Shown in pieces: positions 1-54,350 of a stretch of DNA of 64,000 bases; the first letter of the stretch is position 1, and each line of letters starts with the position of its first letter. The notes under the pieces are model-generated. The model was not told the DNA's origin, made no database searches, and saw only the letters and a program-made list of their open reading frames with translations. Position numbers and translations under genes: made by a program. Source of the stretch: Podarcis gaigeae (taxonomy: Eukaryota); NCBI GenBank assembly GCA_964106915.2, contig OZ066926.1; one strand, written 5' to 3'.

Positions 1-290
1 TTCCACCTGTCCTGAATTCCATTGCAACTCACATTCTGACTGCATTGGAGAAGGGAAAAATTCTATGAAGATGAGAGCTACAAGGGACCCCTCACTCTAA
101 TCTACCTTCTACCTACGCCTCAAGTAGTATGTGGGTGGCTCAACTTGGTACTTTTTAATTGATTGTTTTGCAACTGTGGGGCTGGGTGTTGTGCATCTTG
201 GGTTGAGGTCCTACTTTATCAGGCAAGGCTCTAAATTAAAAATCAGGGTTGAGAGCTGCCTTCTCCCAAGACAGACCATTCGTTCTAGTC

Positions 291-781
291 CAGGGGTCTG
301 CAACCTTTAAGACAAAAAGAGCCACTTGGACCCGTTTCCGAAGAAAAAAAAACTGGGAGCCACAAAACTCATCATTATAAAAATAACTTTTTTGTCACTT
401 TTTTAATTATTTCTTTGTTTGACTCCTCAGAATTACTCCTCCTCATAGAAATAAACGTTAAATTAACAAGTTACCTTTTTGTGTGTGTGTGTTCTTCACT
501 CCCCTTCAAAAGAGTGACCAGCGTACATGCCCCCTTTCAATGCAGTGACCAGCGTACATGCCCCTTACAATGTAGCGGGCGGGCGGGAAGGTGACGGGAC
601 AGTGCGTGACTAACGCACACACCGTCCCCATGCAAAGTCACAGCCAGTACAGCGCCCGCCACAGTGGGGAGTGTCGGGGCACACAATGCGCCTCCTCCCC
701 TCACTAGTATCCGCCACGGAGCTGCGGCAAAGGTGTAAAAGAGCCACATGCGGCTCCGGAGCCGCGGGTTGCAGACCCCTG
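291..781. mobile_element. Non-autonomous hAT element (MITE)
   Basis: TIR caggggtctgcaacc / ggttgcagacccctg; 8-bp TSD ttctagtc (283-290, 782-789). Confidence 0.9.
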
Positions 782-1085
782 TTCTAGTCTTATACTGTCG
801 GTGCTCTGCCTAACTCTCTGCAATATTGCAGTGTATGTTTAACCAGTATTTGCTAGCCAAGATAATCTGAAGCAGAGATTGGCATGAGCAGGCCTTGGGC
901 CCCACTGCCAGCAAACCACATGCTGCTCCTCCTTCCCACTGAACTCTGAACTTTTGTGTCCTGCATCATTTTGCACCAAAAGCACCATCCACCTCCAAAA
1001 GGTGCTTTTCCTTCTGAAGAAAAGACCCATTTCCCCATTTCACTTTCATAGCCACTGTACTGGAACACACTATTTCAAAGCAAAA

Positions 1086-1091
1086 TTTATT
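1086..1091 (-). terminator. Candidate distal poly(A) signal of GYS1 (about 2.4 kb 3'UTR); other candidates at 2113-2118 and 2664-2669
   Basis: tttatt on + = AATAAA on -, downstream of the GYS1 stop. Confidence 0.55.
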
Positions 1092-3446
1092 CTTTAAATA
1101 TTTGAGTTGTGTCTCGCAAGCAGCTTTTGTTCTTCAGAATTGATTCTCCACACCAAGGGGGAGGGGGAGAGACAAGAGACCAAAAACAAAAACCTCAAGC
1201 ATATTTCAACAACCATAAATAAAATCTCTAGGGTTTTCTTCGGGGGTGGGGTGGGGGTGGAAGAGACTGGATAAAAGGGTGTTGGCTCATGAGGGACCTT
1301 CAACCAAAGGGAGTCCCTTCTCAGAGTTGGGGAGAAGGGGGGAACTGGCTCATGATCCAAGCACAGGAGGTCAGGCAGCCCATAGGAACAGGAGGCACAA
1401 TCAGAGGGGGATATAAATTACCTAGGCCACAGGGAAAGAGTCAGGTTTTTAAAAAAGTGATTTTCCTTCCTTGTTGCCAAAGCTGGCAGCAGATGCAGAA
1501 CTGAAGTGACTCTAGTGTGTGTTGGCATTTTGCTATACCCACGAGGTAGTCTCTCTTGTGCTGGACAGAATATCCCCATGCCAACTATTGTTAAATGTCT
1601 TACACCCTTTCAGAAGCATTCCTTCTGCTGCTCTGAACAAATCAAGAACCTGCTTTGGACATGCAGCCCTCCTGCATCATCACTGCCACCCCAGGCTCAG
1701 AGTTTGCAACACAGCGGCCCAGAATGTCATAGCACGCTCTGATCTCAACGGCTACGTCCCGTGTTCCAAGACCCCCAATATGACAGCCATGGGGGGGGGG
1801 GCTTCTCTCCACATATTATAGACAGCCAGGTCACCCTGTGAAGAGCAGCTGGGGGCTACAACCAAAGCACACCCTACAACGCCAGCAGCTTGCCTATCTT
1901 CTCAGAGCCTGTCACGCTGGGGCTCTGAGGGCCATTAAAGAACATGCATTTTTCACAGTGCGCAACCTTCTAAACCTTCCCCTAGAAACAATCACCACTC
2001 AGAACTGCTAGCCCTTCTACAAGGGTGTATGCCAGGCATCCTCTACAGAAGGGGCAATGGCTTTAAGACTGCATTCCTGAAACAAGAGAAATGTAAGACT
2101 ACTCTCATATAGTTTATTCCACCGTCCTTTGTAAGCAGGCAGTTGGCTCACCTGCTGTGCCCTTCGCCCTCACTAAGGTCAACATGGTACTTTAAAAAAA
2201 AAATCACACAGAATGAATAATATTGCACTTATAATTGTCCCACAATGTTGAGTGTCCACTAGGAGAAACAGTTCCTAGGCTATGAATATGGCTTCAGAAA
2301 GAAAATGTCCCTTTCAGCCGCCCTAGTAAGGAACCTCTGATCAGTTCTCCTCTTCCACTCCAGAGCACAGCCACTTAAGAGTGTTTTATGCCACAAAATG
2401 AGTTCTAGATTTCTTCCACCCTAGAATGCTGCGCACCTACTCCTCTCCCTTGATCGCTTTAGAAACGAAGGCACTAATACCCCCGGAGCCAGACACATCC
2501 CTCAACAAGTGGACTACACCATCCTTTAGGATCTCTCCCGACAGCTTCGTTTCCCAAAAGGTCCAGAATTCCTGCCTCTCACATACTAGGGCCTTCCTTT
2601 TCAAGGGCTTCACAAATTCCTTGGGAAAAACAAAACCAGAAGGCAGATAAGATACACACCCAATTTATTCAAAATGCATTGTAGTGGGAAAGCCCGTCTC
2701 TCTCCTGATAAACAGCACTCTTGAGCAGAGTGGGCCAATGGCTTTTAAAAATGCTTCTGGCCTCCTCAAGTTAAAGTTCCAGAACTTTGCTAGTCACACA
2801 CACACACCGCACCCAACCAACTATTATAAAAAGGATCAGGAACTTACAAGACTATGTCCTCGAACATTCATTTTTTAAAAAAAGGCTGCAGTTCTTCCGA
2901 GTCAGTGGCACATCTGGGGGCAACGTTGCTACATCTCTAGACCCCACACCTATCTAGTCACCGGTTTAGCCAGGGGCACCAAAAACCACAACGAACCCTC
3001 CTGTGTCCCAGGGGCAGCTCTCCCCTGAGCAGAGAAGGACCCTCATGAACATCATGACAGGTCCTTCCAAAACGTTGGCGGCACGCTTGTGGGGTGGGGG
3101 AACATGCCGCCTCACATTCTAGGTCAAGCTGAACACAGGAACAATGCACCTCGTGGTCTAGAGCAGCCATTTCCTTGCCCGTTCCACAGCACGGGCGCCA
3201 CCGCCTCCCGGCAACTTCCACAACAACCCAATCCAGAGCAGACAGCCATACACAGATTGGCGTTAGAAACGCGCCAGCCCTGAGACCCTCCTCAGTTCCG
3301 GAACATGCTAGAACCCTACTGCACTCCAGGACGGTTTCAGAATCCAGCACCAGAGAACAGCTGACCTATGGGGGTGGGGGGCAAGGTGTGGAAAGGAGCG
3401 GGAGGGCGAGCCGGGGCGCAACCGGCCCCCTCTCTCTCCCCCCCCG

Positions 3447-26468
<23,022 letters not shown>

Positions 26469-27622
26469 GGTGCCCCAGGGGTTGAAAGTGAGGACAAGGG
26501 GTTTCGGGGGAGGTCTAGGTCTAGCCTGGAGGAATCAGAAAAAGAAGGTCATGTTCTATTATCTCTTATTATATCTATTGTTCTACTATTCTATCATGCC
26601 TGGAAGGGTCTCCGTAACTGGTGAGAATTCTAAGCATCCAGTTCTCTCAATGTACTTAAATAAAACCCCTTCCTCCTCAGATCCTAGAATTGTAGAGTTG
26701 GGGCAATCTAGTCCAAGCCCCTTAAATGCAGGAATCCTTTTCAACCCTCCTTTTTTCCTTCTCAGACTACTTGGGAGTCCTGGCTCCCAGCCCACCTTCT
26801 CTAAACCTTTATAAACCAAGTTTTGTCTCTGTGATGGAAAACCTCCCTTACATTTGCCTCCCACCCCCGTTTTGCTTCTAAGGAACCCAGGAGTCCAAGT
26901 TTCTGCCTCCTCTCCACCACCACCACCCCTTGATCTTTTCGAAGGCTTGCATTTAGTCTTGAGTAACAGCAACAGCTGAAGGAGGGGAAAGGGTAAGATG
27001 GGAGGTCTGCCGGGAGCTTTCCGACTGCAACATTTAAGAGGTGGCAGGGCGGATGGGTGCATTTTAGAGAAGCTTGAAAGGAAGACTGCATAGAAATCTT
27101 CTGTATCTAAGTAGGAAGGAACAGGGGTCCCGATTTTTTCCTCTAAGCAATAGCGAGAGGGAACCTAGGCGGAGTGCAGGCCTCGCTTACTCTGCAAGAG
27201 ACTCTGGACAGTAGGCTTGGGATCCTTCCGGGAAGCGCGGAAAAGACTAGAATATAAGAAGGAACGTAGCGATCCTTTAAGACTCTTGCTAGGAACAGGG
27301 TGGGAGAAAGGAGAGCCTATTAGATTTGGGATCGCAGGCCTCTGGGAGCAGAAGTACAAGATTTGTTCCTCAGAGGTATTGGGCGAGGGCTGTGCAAGGA
27401 TAGGGAGGGCGAAAGAGAAGGAATGAAGGGAGAAGTAACTGTCGCAGGAATTGTGTGTGTGTGTGATTCCCATTGGGAATCGGGGGGAGCAAGAAGAGCT
27501 AGATACAGCATGAAATGAAAAGAGTCCGAGTCCTAGGTATAGTTATGAATAAAGCTGGGTCACTGGCGATTAAAGGAAAGGGGGATCCTCGGGAGCGCCC
27601 GGGTGAATCCGGCGGTGCTTAC

Positions 27623-27860
27623 CTCTCTGCAGCTGAGGACAAACTACTTGCTCGCTCCCCCGCACCTCCTCCCCCTCCCCTCCAGACCCTCCTGCTCAGA
27701 GGCCACGCCCCTCAGTGGGCGGGGCCACGGCCCAAGGCGGACTCGCCCCCCTCGACAGGGGCAGCCTTCTCATGCCTCCGGGGTTTCTTTTCCTGCTTCT
27801 GCCCACCCTGACCTACGTTCCTTTGCCTCTCCGGCTTTCTTGATTGGCTGAGGGGGAAGC
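27623..27860 (-). promoter_or_regulatory. Probable GYS1 non-coding first exon and GC-box/CCAAT promoter
   Basis: Minus-strand donor GAG|GTAAGC at 27623/27622; acceptor ttcctccag just upstream of 26525; Sp/KLF boxes (ccacgcccc, gggcgggg) near 27700-27725; CCAAT (gattggct) near 27842; CpG-rich. Confidence 0.6.
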
Positions 27861-29099
27861 CTCCCAGCAGGCTCGGCAGCGTCTCGAACGCGTCGGAAAG
27901 GAAGAGAGGTTGTTGCAAGGTCTTAAAGGGGAAGTGTCGGCAGTGAAAGGGAGGAGGGGTTGCATTGGCGATGCAAGGAGAAAGCCGAATGAGTAAAAGC
28001 AGAGTGGGGTGGTTTGAGGGTTAAAGTGAAATTGTGGTGTAAAATATGGGGCTAATGACAGAATCAGGTAAAAGGAGATTATGGAATAGATGTTGGGATA
28101 GTGATGGATAATCAGGGTGAAAGGAGATTATGGACTAATTAACATCTTCCTTCTTTTTGTATCATGCATCTTATTACTGATCTTTGTAAGGAGCTCTGAG
28201 AGCCTGAAGTGAGAGGGGGAAAGTAATTAGGACTGCACAACTTTTGATCAACTAGGCTGAATCCTGTTTACCAGCTGTGTATGACAGCCCACTGAGGTAA
28301 AGTAAACTTTGCTGCCTGCCTGGGATTGCAAAAACAGGTTATCAGTGGGAAGCAACTAAAAGGCATAAAACGAAATATTACCAATGAATAAAAATAGATT
28401 GCATCATTTTGTTGAAATATCTTAACCCATGTGCTAGTTTAACCTCCCAAAGCGAGACACATGGGTCTTGCAACACTTCGGAAGTTGCTGGATCTTGGGT
28501 GTTGGCAGGACTCTGTGAACAGGGGTTTTTGGATGAAGAGAGGCACCCAAAACAGTTCTGTTGGCAATCTGGCTCAATTCAAGGAATCCTTTAGGTAGCA
28601 ACACTGTTTTTCGGAGTAAGCCTCATTAAGCTCAGCAGGATTTACAATGTAGATAGGATATTAATTTTTTACAGTATTATCTTTCCTTTCCTTCCATTAA
28701 GGAGCTCATGGGTGCTTACCCGTCCCATTTTATGAACACAACAACCTTGTGAGGTAGATTAGGATAAGGGATAGTGGCTGTCTGATGTCTGCCTAGAAAA
28801 ACTTCAGTGACTTGTGATTAAAAACAGAGAAAGACACAGGAGGAAAGTGTTGGAGGTTCAACCACTGTTAAACACACACAAAACATTTCCCTCTGAATTG
28901 GCCTGAGCCTTTTGGGGTCAGATTCGTTAGTATCTGTTATGTGTTCTCTAAATTCACTGTTCAGATTCCGGTTTGGTGAGAGCTTGTCAGATTTGAACAA
29001 TTTACTGTTACCATGTAACGTGCTGAATTATTCCTCACTGCGATACGTAGAAAAAGGGACGGACGGAGCTACAGGGACACGTGCATAACCTCACATTGT

Positions 29100-30341
29100 C
29101 AATGGCACCCTTCTTGACCAATAGGATCTCATTAGGGCTTCGACCAATGAGCTTTCACGAAAGAATTCCCAGGCTGGTAATGGCGCGGCCCATATAGGCC
29201 TGACACTAATCAAGGAGGCCTGTATTTGTTGGATGCAGACAGTTCGCGCTTTATGAACGATAACAAAAGTACCCAATCAAACATGATAGCTGTTAAATTG
29301 ACAACGAGCTCGCCCAATAAGCGCTTCTGTTGAAGAGAAAGGGCTGTTGCTAATCCCTAAGTGATATCTTGTCATTCTCAAATAGAATTTGACCTTGGCC
29401 ATGAAGCATTACAACTTTTAAATCGTTTTACAATCGTTCCCGCCAATAATTGTCATAGAGATCCGCCAGTAAGTGAATGAAGGGCGCTATGTGGGGATTT
29501 AAATGTGAGTGACTGCCAAGGCGGCCCATGGCCATTAGAGAGTCACTTTATAGGCGGTCTCTTCCTCATCTCAGCCAATCGATCCAATATTCGGTTTTTC
29601 AGGACGGCTGTCTCCTAATTCCTTAAGCCATCCAGCTTTCACTCTGTGCTGCTGGAGTTTCTCGTTCAGAATGTGGATTCCTTTTCGTGATCCCGCTCTT
29701 CCTTTTCCTTTGTCACGTTTCCCTCGTGTCAAATTATCTGAAGCGACTGAATTTGAACGCGAACGCTCTTATTTGATTGCCACTTAAATGAACCAATAGC
29801 TTCCACGTTTGAGAAGCTGGAACGAAGAGAAGAACCAATAGCTATGGAGAAGACGGAGGCCTTTATCTTTGAATGACGCTTAGGTACACCGATAGTTATT
29901 CGTCTATCGCTGGTAAAAACCGCCTCCCTGCTACGATTGACGACCATTTCCCCACCTCATCTAATGGCATTTAAAGCTCATGGAGTGGAAGCAACGCCCC
30001 CAGCGCTGACGGACAACTTCCCCTCCCGCTCCTTTGGATCTTTAGCCTCTGGGAGAGCTCAGCGCGCGCGCGCGCAAACGACCGACCAAGAAGCCGCTCT
30101 GCCTCTCCAAGTTGGTCCAATGGGGATTGAGCGTCGGTTGATAGACAGCTATTCCTCCTTCTGACTGTCCGAGACCCGGTCAGCCTATGAAAATCCAGAG
30201 GCGGGCTTTACTTCCTTTCCCGCCCATGTTCCTTGAAAGACAACGGCTCCGCCCAATGGGCTGCCCAGTCCCCTCCCCTCCGCTCAGCAAGGCTGGGGGA
30301 GCCGAGCCAGTGCTTCTCTCTTTCTGTGTCTCATTCACAAG

Positions 30342-30350
<9 letters not shown>
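29100..30350 (+). promoter_or_regulatory. PRMT1 promoter: CpG-rich, 11 co-oriented CCAAT boxes, GC boxes, YY1-type motif over the ATG
   Basis: CCAAT at 29118,29144,29273,29314,29443,29575,29584,29793,29835,30117,30253; caagatggcgg at 30338-30348. Confidence 0.7.
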
Positions 30351-47732
<17,382 letters not shown>

Positions 47733-48583
47733 CCCAGCCACCACTTGCCAGATTTTTTTTTCTCCTCCTCCTCCTCCAACTGACCTTGCAACCCAGAGCT
47801 AACCCTCCCTATCGTCCTGTTTAAGTTGGTGTCTCACTAATTCATTTCATTGTGTAGTTCCTTGTTGCTGCGACTCTGGGCCAGCAAGGGGAGGGGTCAG
47901 TATTAGAGGCTAGGGGGAAATAGCCAAGACCCCCCCCTCAACCCTGTTGCTCCTCATTTTCAAATCTTCCTTCCCCACCCACAACCAACCTCCCCTCCCC
48001 CAGGCCAGGAGCCAAGGCTGTTAGCACAACTGAAGACACAGGTGGTTTGTCCATCCGTCCGTTTGTTCTGAGGCCCGAGTGCCGACAGCAGACTTCCATC
48101 ATGAATTTGTTTTTTAAAAATAATTATAATTTTTCTTTGGTTAGTTAAATCATTGTTGGTATCACCTGCCAAACTGTGTTGCCCAGGATCCTTGTCCCTC
48201 CTCTTGCCCTGTTTTCTGGAGTAACTGCTCCTGACACTATCCTCTGCTCCAGTGTAAACGCTGCTCAGTTTTTTGAAGGGTACACTTCTATCCAGTGCCC
48301 AAAAGGGGGTGGGGGTTCCCAACAGGTTTTTATCAAGAGGGCACGTGGAGGGGTGTGGGTGGAAAAGGCATCTCCATTTTGTGAGTGTTAAGTTTTTTTC
48401 CCCACTGACGGTTTTGTACTCCCCCCCCCCCTTAACAATTCCCTGTTCGGATCTGTGGGAGGGAGTTGTGTGGGGTTTTTCTTTTTCTTTTTTAAATCCC
48501 TTGCCCCTTCGAAAGCTGACATCGTGTGACTGTTTCATAACTTATGGTTTTTATATGGTTACATTCATGAGGGAAAAAATAAT

Positions 48584-48589
48584 AATAAA
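48584..48589 (+). terminator. PRMT1 poly(A) signal
   Basis: AATAAA about 850 nt after the stop, at the end of a U-rich 3'UTR. Confidence 0.7.
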
Positions 48590-50537
48590 GAAGTTGAAAC
48601 CACCTCTTTTACTCAAACATATTGCTTGCCTGCCTGCCTGATGGCCTTAGGGTTGCATTTAGAGAGGGGCCCTTTCCTTGGGCCCAGCCTCACTGCTTGT
48701 CTCTCCCCGCTACCCCAATAAACCCCAACAACTATGTAGACAGAAGAACAGAAGTACAATGTAAGGTGAAGGACTCTCGAACCAGCTGTCGAACCTCACA
48801 AGGCAGAACTTGCAGCCACACACACAAAAATGAGGTTATTGAGGAAGACATGCTTCTGTTCCATAACACTGTGGCTTCGGACTAGTTAGAGATACAGTGG
48901 TGTTCTCTACAGAGCCGTCCCAAGACATGTTACTGGAGATGGAGAACAAGGCCCCTCGTTCCCATTGCCAGGTACAGAAGCCAATGGGACCGGCAAGTGG
49001 ATTGTTCTCGGACCCAATTGCACCAGCAGTGTCTTCAGATTCTTGTTACAAATTTAAGTGGGGAGCCTAGATTATCAAGAAGGTTAACTGCATGCCCAGC
49101 TATTCCTTGTTTCCTATTCCAGCTATTCCTTGTTTTTAAGATGGAGGGGAAGAATTTGGATCGGGGGGCGAATGCTGGTCCTGTGGTTGGGAGCCGACAC
49201 TGCACCTTGAAAACTCCAGTTTAAAGTGCCAGAAGAGCTGGACACAGGAATGTCTCCCTCACCTCAAATTCACAGTACCTTTATTAGGCCCATCGAAAGA
49301 TCACAAAATAGTGTGCATGCTGGTGGGAATGGTTGGTGTCGTGAAGGTATTGACAAAACCAGATTTTCTTGACCAATGTAGGCACATGGTTTTTTGTTCT
49401 ATGGGTCTCTGGCAGGGGTGTGAAGGAGGCTGAACAAAAGGGGCCGTGGAGACTTCCCTAGGATATAATTTTGATCAAAGCTGTTAAGGAGTGCTTTACA
49501 GAGATCTGCTTCTCTACGTGAAACATCACTGAGGTGATGCTGAACCATGCTGTGTTCCCCTTTTTGAAGAAGGCAGTTCCGGCTGCAAAGAAGGCTGTAA
49601 TTTGGACCTGGAGGGAATTATGAACTGGCAGGTGCCTTCACCATATCTTAGTGCTAAAGTGCTTCTTCCAGGAGGTAGCTGGCATCCCCAAGTACAGGGC
49701 TGGGAAGGACTCTCAGAGAACCACAGCCAGTCCATGTGGACAGTACAGCACTAGATATTGCCCTTTGTATAAAGGAACTTCTTGCACTCATAATTTGCAT
49801 GCAGGAGGTACCACATTCTCTGGCATTTCAAGGTAAAATGATTAGCTAAGCAGGTAATGCTTAGACCTCTGCCTGTAACAAAGTGTAGCCTAATCTAGCT
49901 TCCTGTTTTTGAGTCTAGTAAAGGCAGGCTGGTAGACTGGGCCTATCCTCAACTCTGGTGCCTAAGCAGGTTCAGAAACAAGCTGCATTGACCTCAGTCT
50001 GCAAGGCAACAGGTGAAATTGCCACAACTTTCAGCCCATCACCGGCAGAGCTGCCATCCTTGGTGCTCCCCCCACTTGTGTGGAAGCCAGCGCCAGTCTG
50101 GGGGATCCTTTAACTGCTTGGAGGGGAACAGCAACTGCACACTCAGCTGAGCAGTTAAAAGATGCAGAGGGAGTAACAAGCTGTATCAGCGCTTATGCAG
50201 ATTTTTTCTTCCTCTATGCACAATGAGGGCAGAATGGGATGGTGGTTTCACAAACACTCGCTGGAGGAAGTCGCTAGTAGAGGGACTCTGAAGTGGTGGT
50301 TTCGCCAGCAGTAGACTGCTGGGTGAAGCCAACATCGCAGTCTGCTCATACCGGTCCTGGATGATATATTAATATATCACCCAGGCCTAGAACAAGCCTC
50401 AGAACTCTGCCAGCATCAGCAGTTTCAGTGGTATTTTGCTGTTGCGCATCATTGAATCTGGAAACCTGAATGACACATGAAGCCCTTGCTCCTAGAGATT
50501 CTAACCTAAACACTGAATTAGCTTTGGTGGTCTTGAG

Positions 50538-50762
50538 CATGGGTAGGCAAACTAAGGCCTGGGGGCCGGATGCGACCCAATCGCCTTCTAAATCCAGCCC
50601 ACAGACGGTCCAGGAACCAGCATGTTTTTACATGAGAATGTGCCCTTTTATTTAAAATGCATCTCTGAGTTATTTGTGAGGCATAGGAATTCATTCATTT
50701 TCTTTTTTCCTCCCTGAGGGACAATGAACCGACCCCCTGCTGAGAAAGGTTGCTGACCCCTG
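50538..50762. mobile_element. Non-autonomous hAT element (MITE)
   Basis: Imperfect TIR catgggtaggcaaac / ggttgctgacccctg; 8-bp TSD gtcttgag (50530-50537, 50763-50770). Confidence 0.85.
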
Positions 50763-52232
50763 GTCTTGAGCTTAACTTCTGCACCACTAAAAGTGGATCT
50801 GAAAGCTCTGGAAGGTTTATGTGTGGCCATGCTAATTTATATAAATGGACGTTTTATCTGTGCCTACTTCCAGTACTAATTCCTGTTCAATAGGCATCAC
50901 TTATCAAACTAGGCTTCAGCTAGTCTGGTAGTGGTTGCCAACCTTTGTGGACCAGTGGGCAGCAGTCACAAAATGGCTATGGGGAGAACACAAAATGGCT
51001 GCCACATTTAAGAGACTGGAACAAAATGGAGGCGAGGGCCAGTGTCCGGTTCTTGCAGCCAACGAAATGCAGGTGGAGGAAAGGCTATGTCGGTGGAAAC
51101 ACAAACTGAGCAGGAACAGCAAACAGCCTCTTGTGTCGGTTTTTGAGGGGATATTCACTGATCCCTTTTGCAGGTTTTTGAAAGAGGTACTCGCAGGCAC
51201 ACTGGCAGCCTTGGCTGTCACACCGGCAAGTTCTGAGCTACTGCCTGCCCTAAAGTGGGGTCCATACATTCAAGAGACCAAAATTTGTTTGAAGTTTGGT
51301 GGCGTCAAAGCCAATTTCCTTGGAGGTGGTAGCTGGGTCCCTGCTAATCCTTTAGTTAGCATTCATGAAGTCCAATTAAATCAGTTGTGTGCCATACATC
51401 CATAATTCTGTGAAATCAACACTGGGTTCACAGTAGCCACAGTCTGCATATTTGTTTAAATAAACTATATATCCCAAAGACACCACAGACTGCTGTGCCT
51501 CTCCAAAAAGGAACAACAGACCCTGAGTAAAACATTTGCAACCTCTTGAACCGCACAAGAAGAAGGGGTTGTGTGTATTATGTTCCTGGGGCCTGTAAAT
51601 CTTGGCTCCTGTAATCTCGGAGGCATTCTTGTTTTTAAGGAGAACGGTGCTTCTCTCTCCCCTTGCTGCCATACCCTGTTCGCTTTTTCAGGAACTGAGG
51701 AAATCTGGGACCTATGGTTCTTGGAAGGGCACGTCTCCTGAAATCATTCTCTCTATGTTCTGTTGGAAAGCCTGCTTCAATAATTCGCTGTTCAGAGTAC
51801 TGTCTGTCCTGATTTAACACTAGTTCTGATCAAATCTCACAAGATTGTTCCAAAAAGCTGGGCAAGCCTATATGCAGGGAAACAAGGCTGCATAAACCGC
51901 TCCAAACATAATGAAGTATGTTTCTCCTTTCATTCAAAATAAAAATCCTGAGGAAGGCAGCATTGAAGACAAAATCAAAAGTAAAATCTACTCTACAAGC
52001 ATATTTCACAAAATACCAAAGATCATTTTGCTCAACCCCACCCCACCCCAAAAACCCCACGGAAAACAACACAAGAGTAAATTTGTGTGTATCATTCTTT
52101 TGGGAACACAGCGCATGTGCTCCTATGCACCATGCTCTTTATTGCACATCACTGAATGAGACAGAATCCTTCCATTGCACAACAGCACCCTCCAGTGGGA
52201 GGTGCCTGGTTTGGATATAATCTGAAGACAGA

Positions 52233-52241
52233 CTATCTATC

Positions 52242-52290
<49 letters not shown>

Positions 52291-52301
52291 ATCTATCTAT
52301 C
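52233..52301. repeat. (ATCT)n microsatellite in the POLR2L 3'UTR
   Basis: Seen directly; lies between the stop and AATAAA. Confidence 0.95.
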
Positions 52302-52361
52302 CATGGGGGGGGAGGGTGTCTTCCAGCCTCATTGTGGCTCTGTTCCACGGTGCCAACGCTA

Positions 52362-53226
<865 letters not shown>

Positions 53227-53559
53227 CTAGGCTACCTAGCTATTCTTAGTGTTGCAGGAATTTCTCCATTAACATTAGTTTACAGCAGGGCCCCACAGCT
53301 TGGATAAAATATTGCAGGGGCCCAGGTAAGTCCTGCCCCCACATAATTGATCACAGGATGCAGTGCACCCACACCGTTTAAATGGGAATATTCATCAACT
53401 TTGAGGCACCCGGCCCCTCAAATATTTTATTGTGGGGGACTCCAGCTCCCACCAACCCCAGCTGGCCTGGCCAATGGCCAAAGGTGATGGAAGCCCTAGG
53501 ATCCCCCCCCCCCCATCATCATCATCATCCAGCCACGGGTTAACTGCTCTTGCTGCAAA

Positions 53560-54350
53560 GGCGATCGGGAGGGGAAAACCCCACACCTCTTAGGTTAAAG
53601 CCACGCCCTCAACCCCGGCTTTTACGCTTGTAAACAGCATCAGGGAAGGCTGAAATTCAACAGGTGCTGCTTCCCTCTGTTACTGCGTCTTCCCCACTCT
53701 ACAAGCTTCACCGGGTGAATCTCTGCCTCTCGTGCCTTTGGAGCCGTCCCAAACAGCCTTCCGTTCCCCTAAGCGCTTCCCCCATTCCTGCTTCCACCTT
53801 CGGGAAGTGGGGGCGGCCCTTGCCCTCCCCGGATCTCTCACTCCCCGGCCCCACACATCCACTTTCTCCCGGCCTTCTCCCGCCAGCTCGGCGCTCCCCA
53901 GACCTGCCTCCCTCCCACTGGCCATCTTTCCCCCTCGCCCTCCTCCCCGGCCGACCCTTCTCCTTCTCCCCGCCGCTCCCCACCTTCCTCTCGGCCTCGG
54001 CCGCCTTCCTCTCTCCCGGGGGTCCCTCGTGGTTGTGGCGCAGCAGCGAGGCCGAGGGCTGGCTTATTCCGCTGCCCGCAAGAGGGAGACACAAGCGTCG
54101 CCGCGGCAGCAGCAGGAGGAGGAGGAGCCCCGACGGCGACGCCGCCCCTTCCTAGCGGAGCCCAAATTTCTTCCCCTTATAAGCGGCATCGATCTGCAAG
54201 AGGGTCATCTTGTTGTTGCTAACATCCTCGGGATCTTTGCGTTTATCCAAGTTTTTTTCTTTGTCTCCGCCTCTTTCTTTCTTTCGATTTTCGCGTTTAT
54301 CCAATTTTTTTTCCTTTTTCTCCGCCCCGCAGATCTTCCCTTCCCTTCCC
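53560..54350. promoter_or_regulatory. CpG-island bidirectional promoter of POLR2L (-) and the tetraspanin (+); probable POLR2L non-coding exon ending at 53712
   Basis: High GC/CpG; ETS-like ccttccg / gggaagtg and GC boxes; minus-strand donor CCG|GTGAAG; acceptor upstream of the POLR2L ATG at 53144. Confidence 0.65.

Noticed and set aside
512-572. Direct repeat agtgaccagcgtacatgcccc x2, superficially CRISPR-like
   Set aside because: Only two units, inside a hAT MITE, in a eukaryotic genome.
47960-48641. 192-aa and 122-aa ORFs downstream of PRMT1
   Set aside because: They lie in or antisense to the PRMT1 3'UTR, with no homology or splice support.
48700-52100. Looked for ADM5 or another gene between PRMT1 and POLR2L (ADM5 follows PRMT1 in human)
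   Set aside because: No adrenomedullin-like Cys-ring peptide or convincing exons seen; only MITE/SINE fragments.
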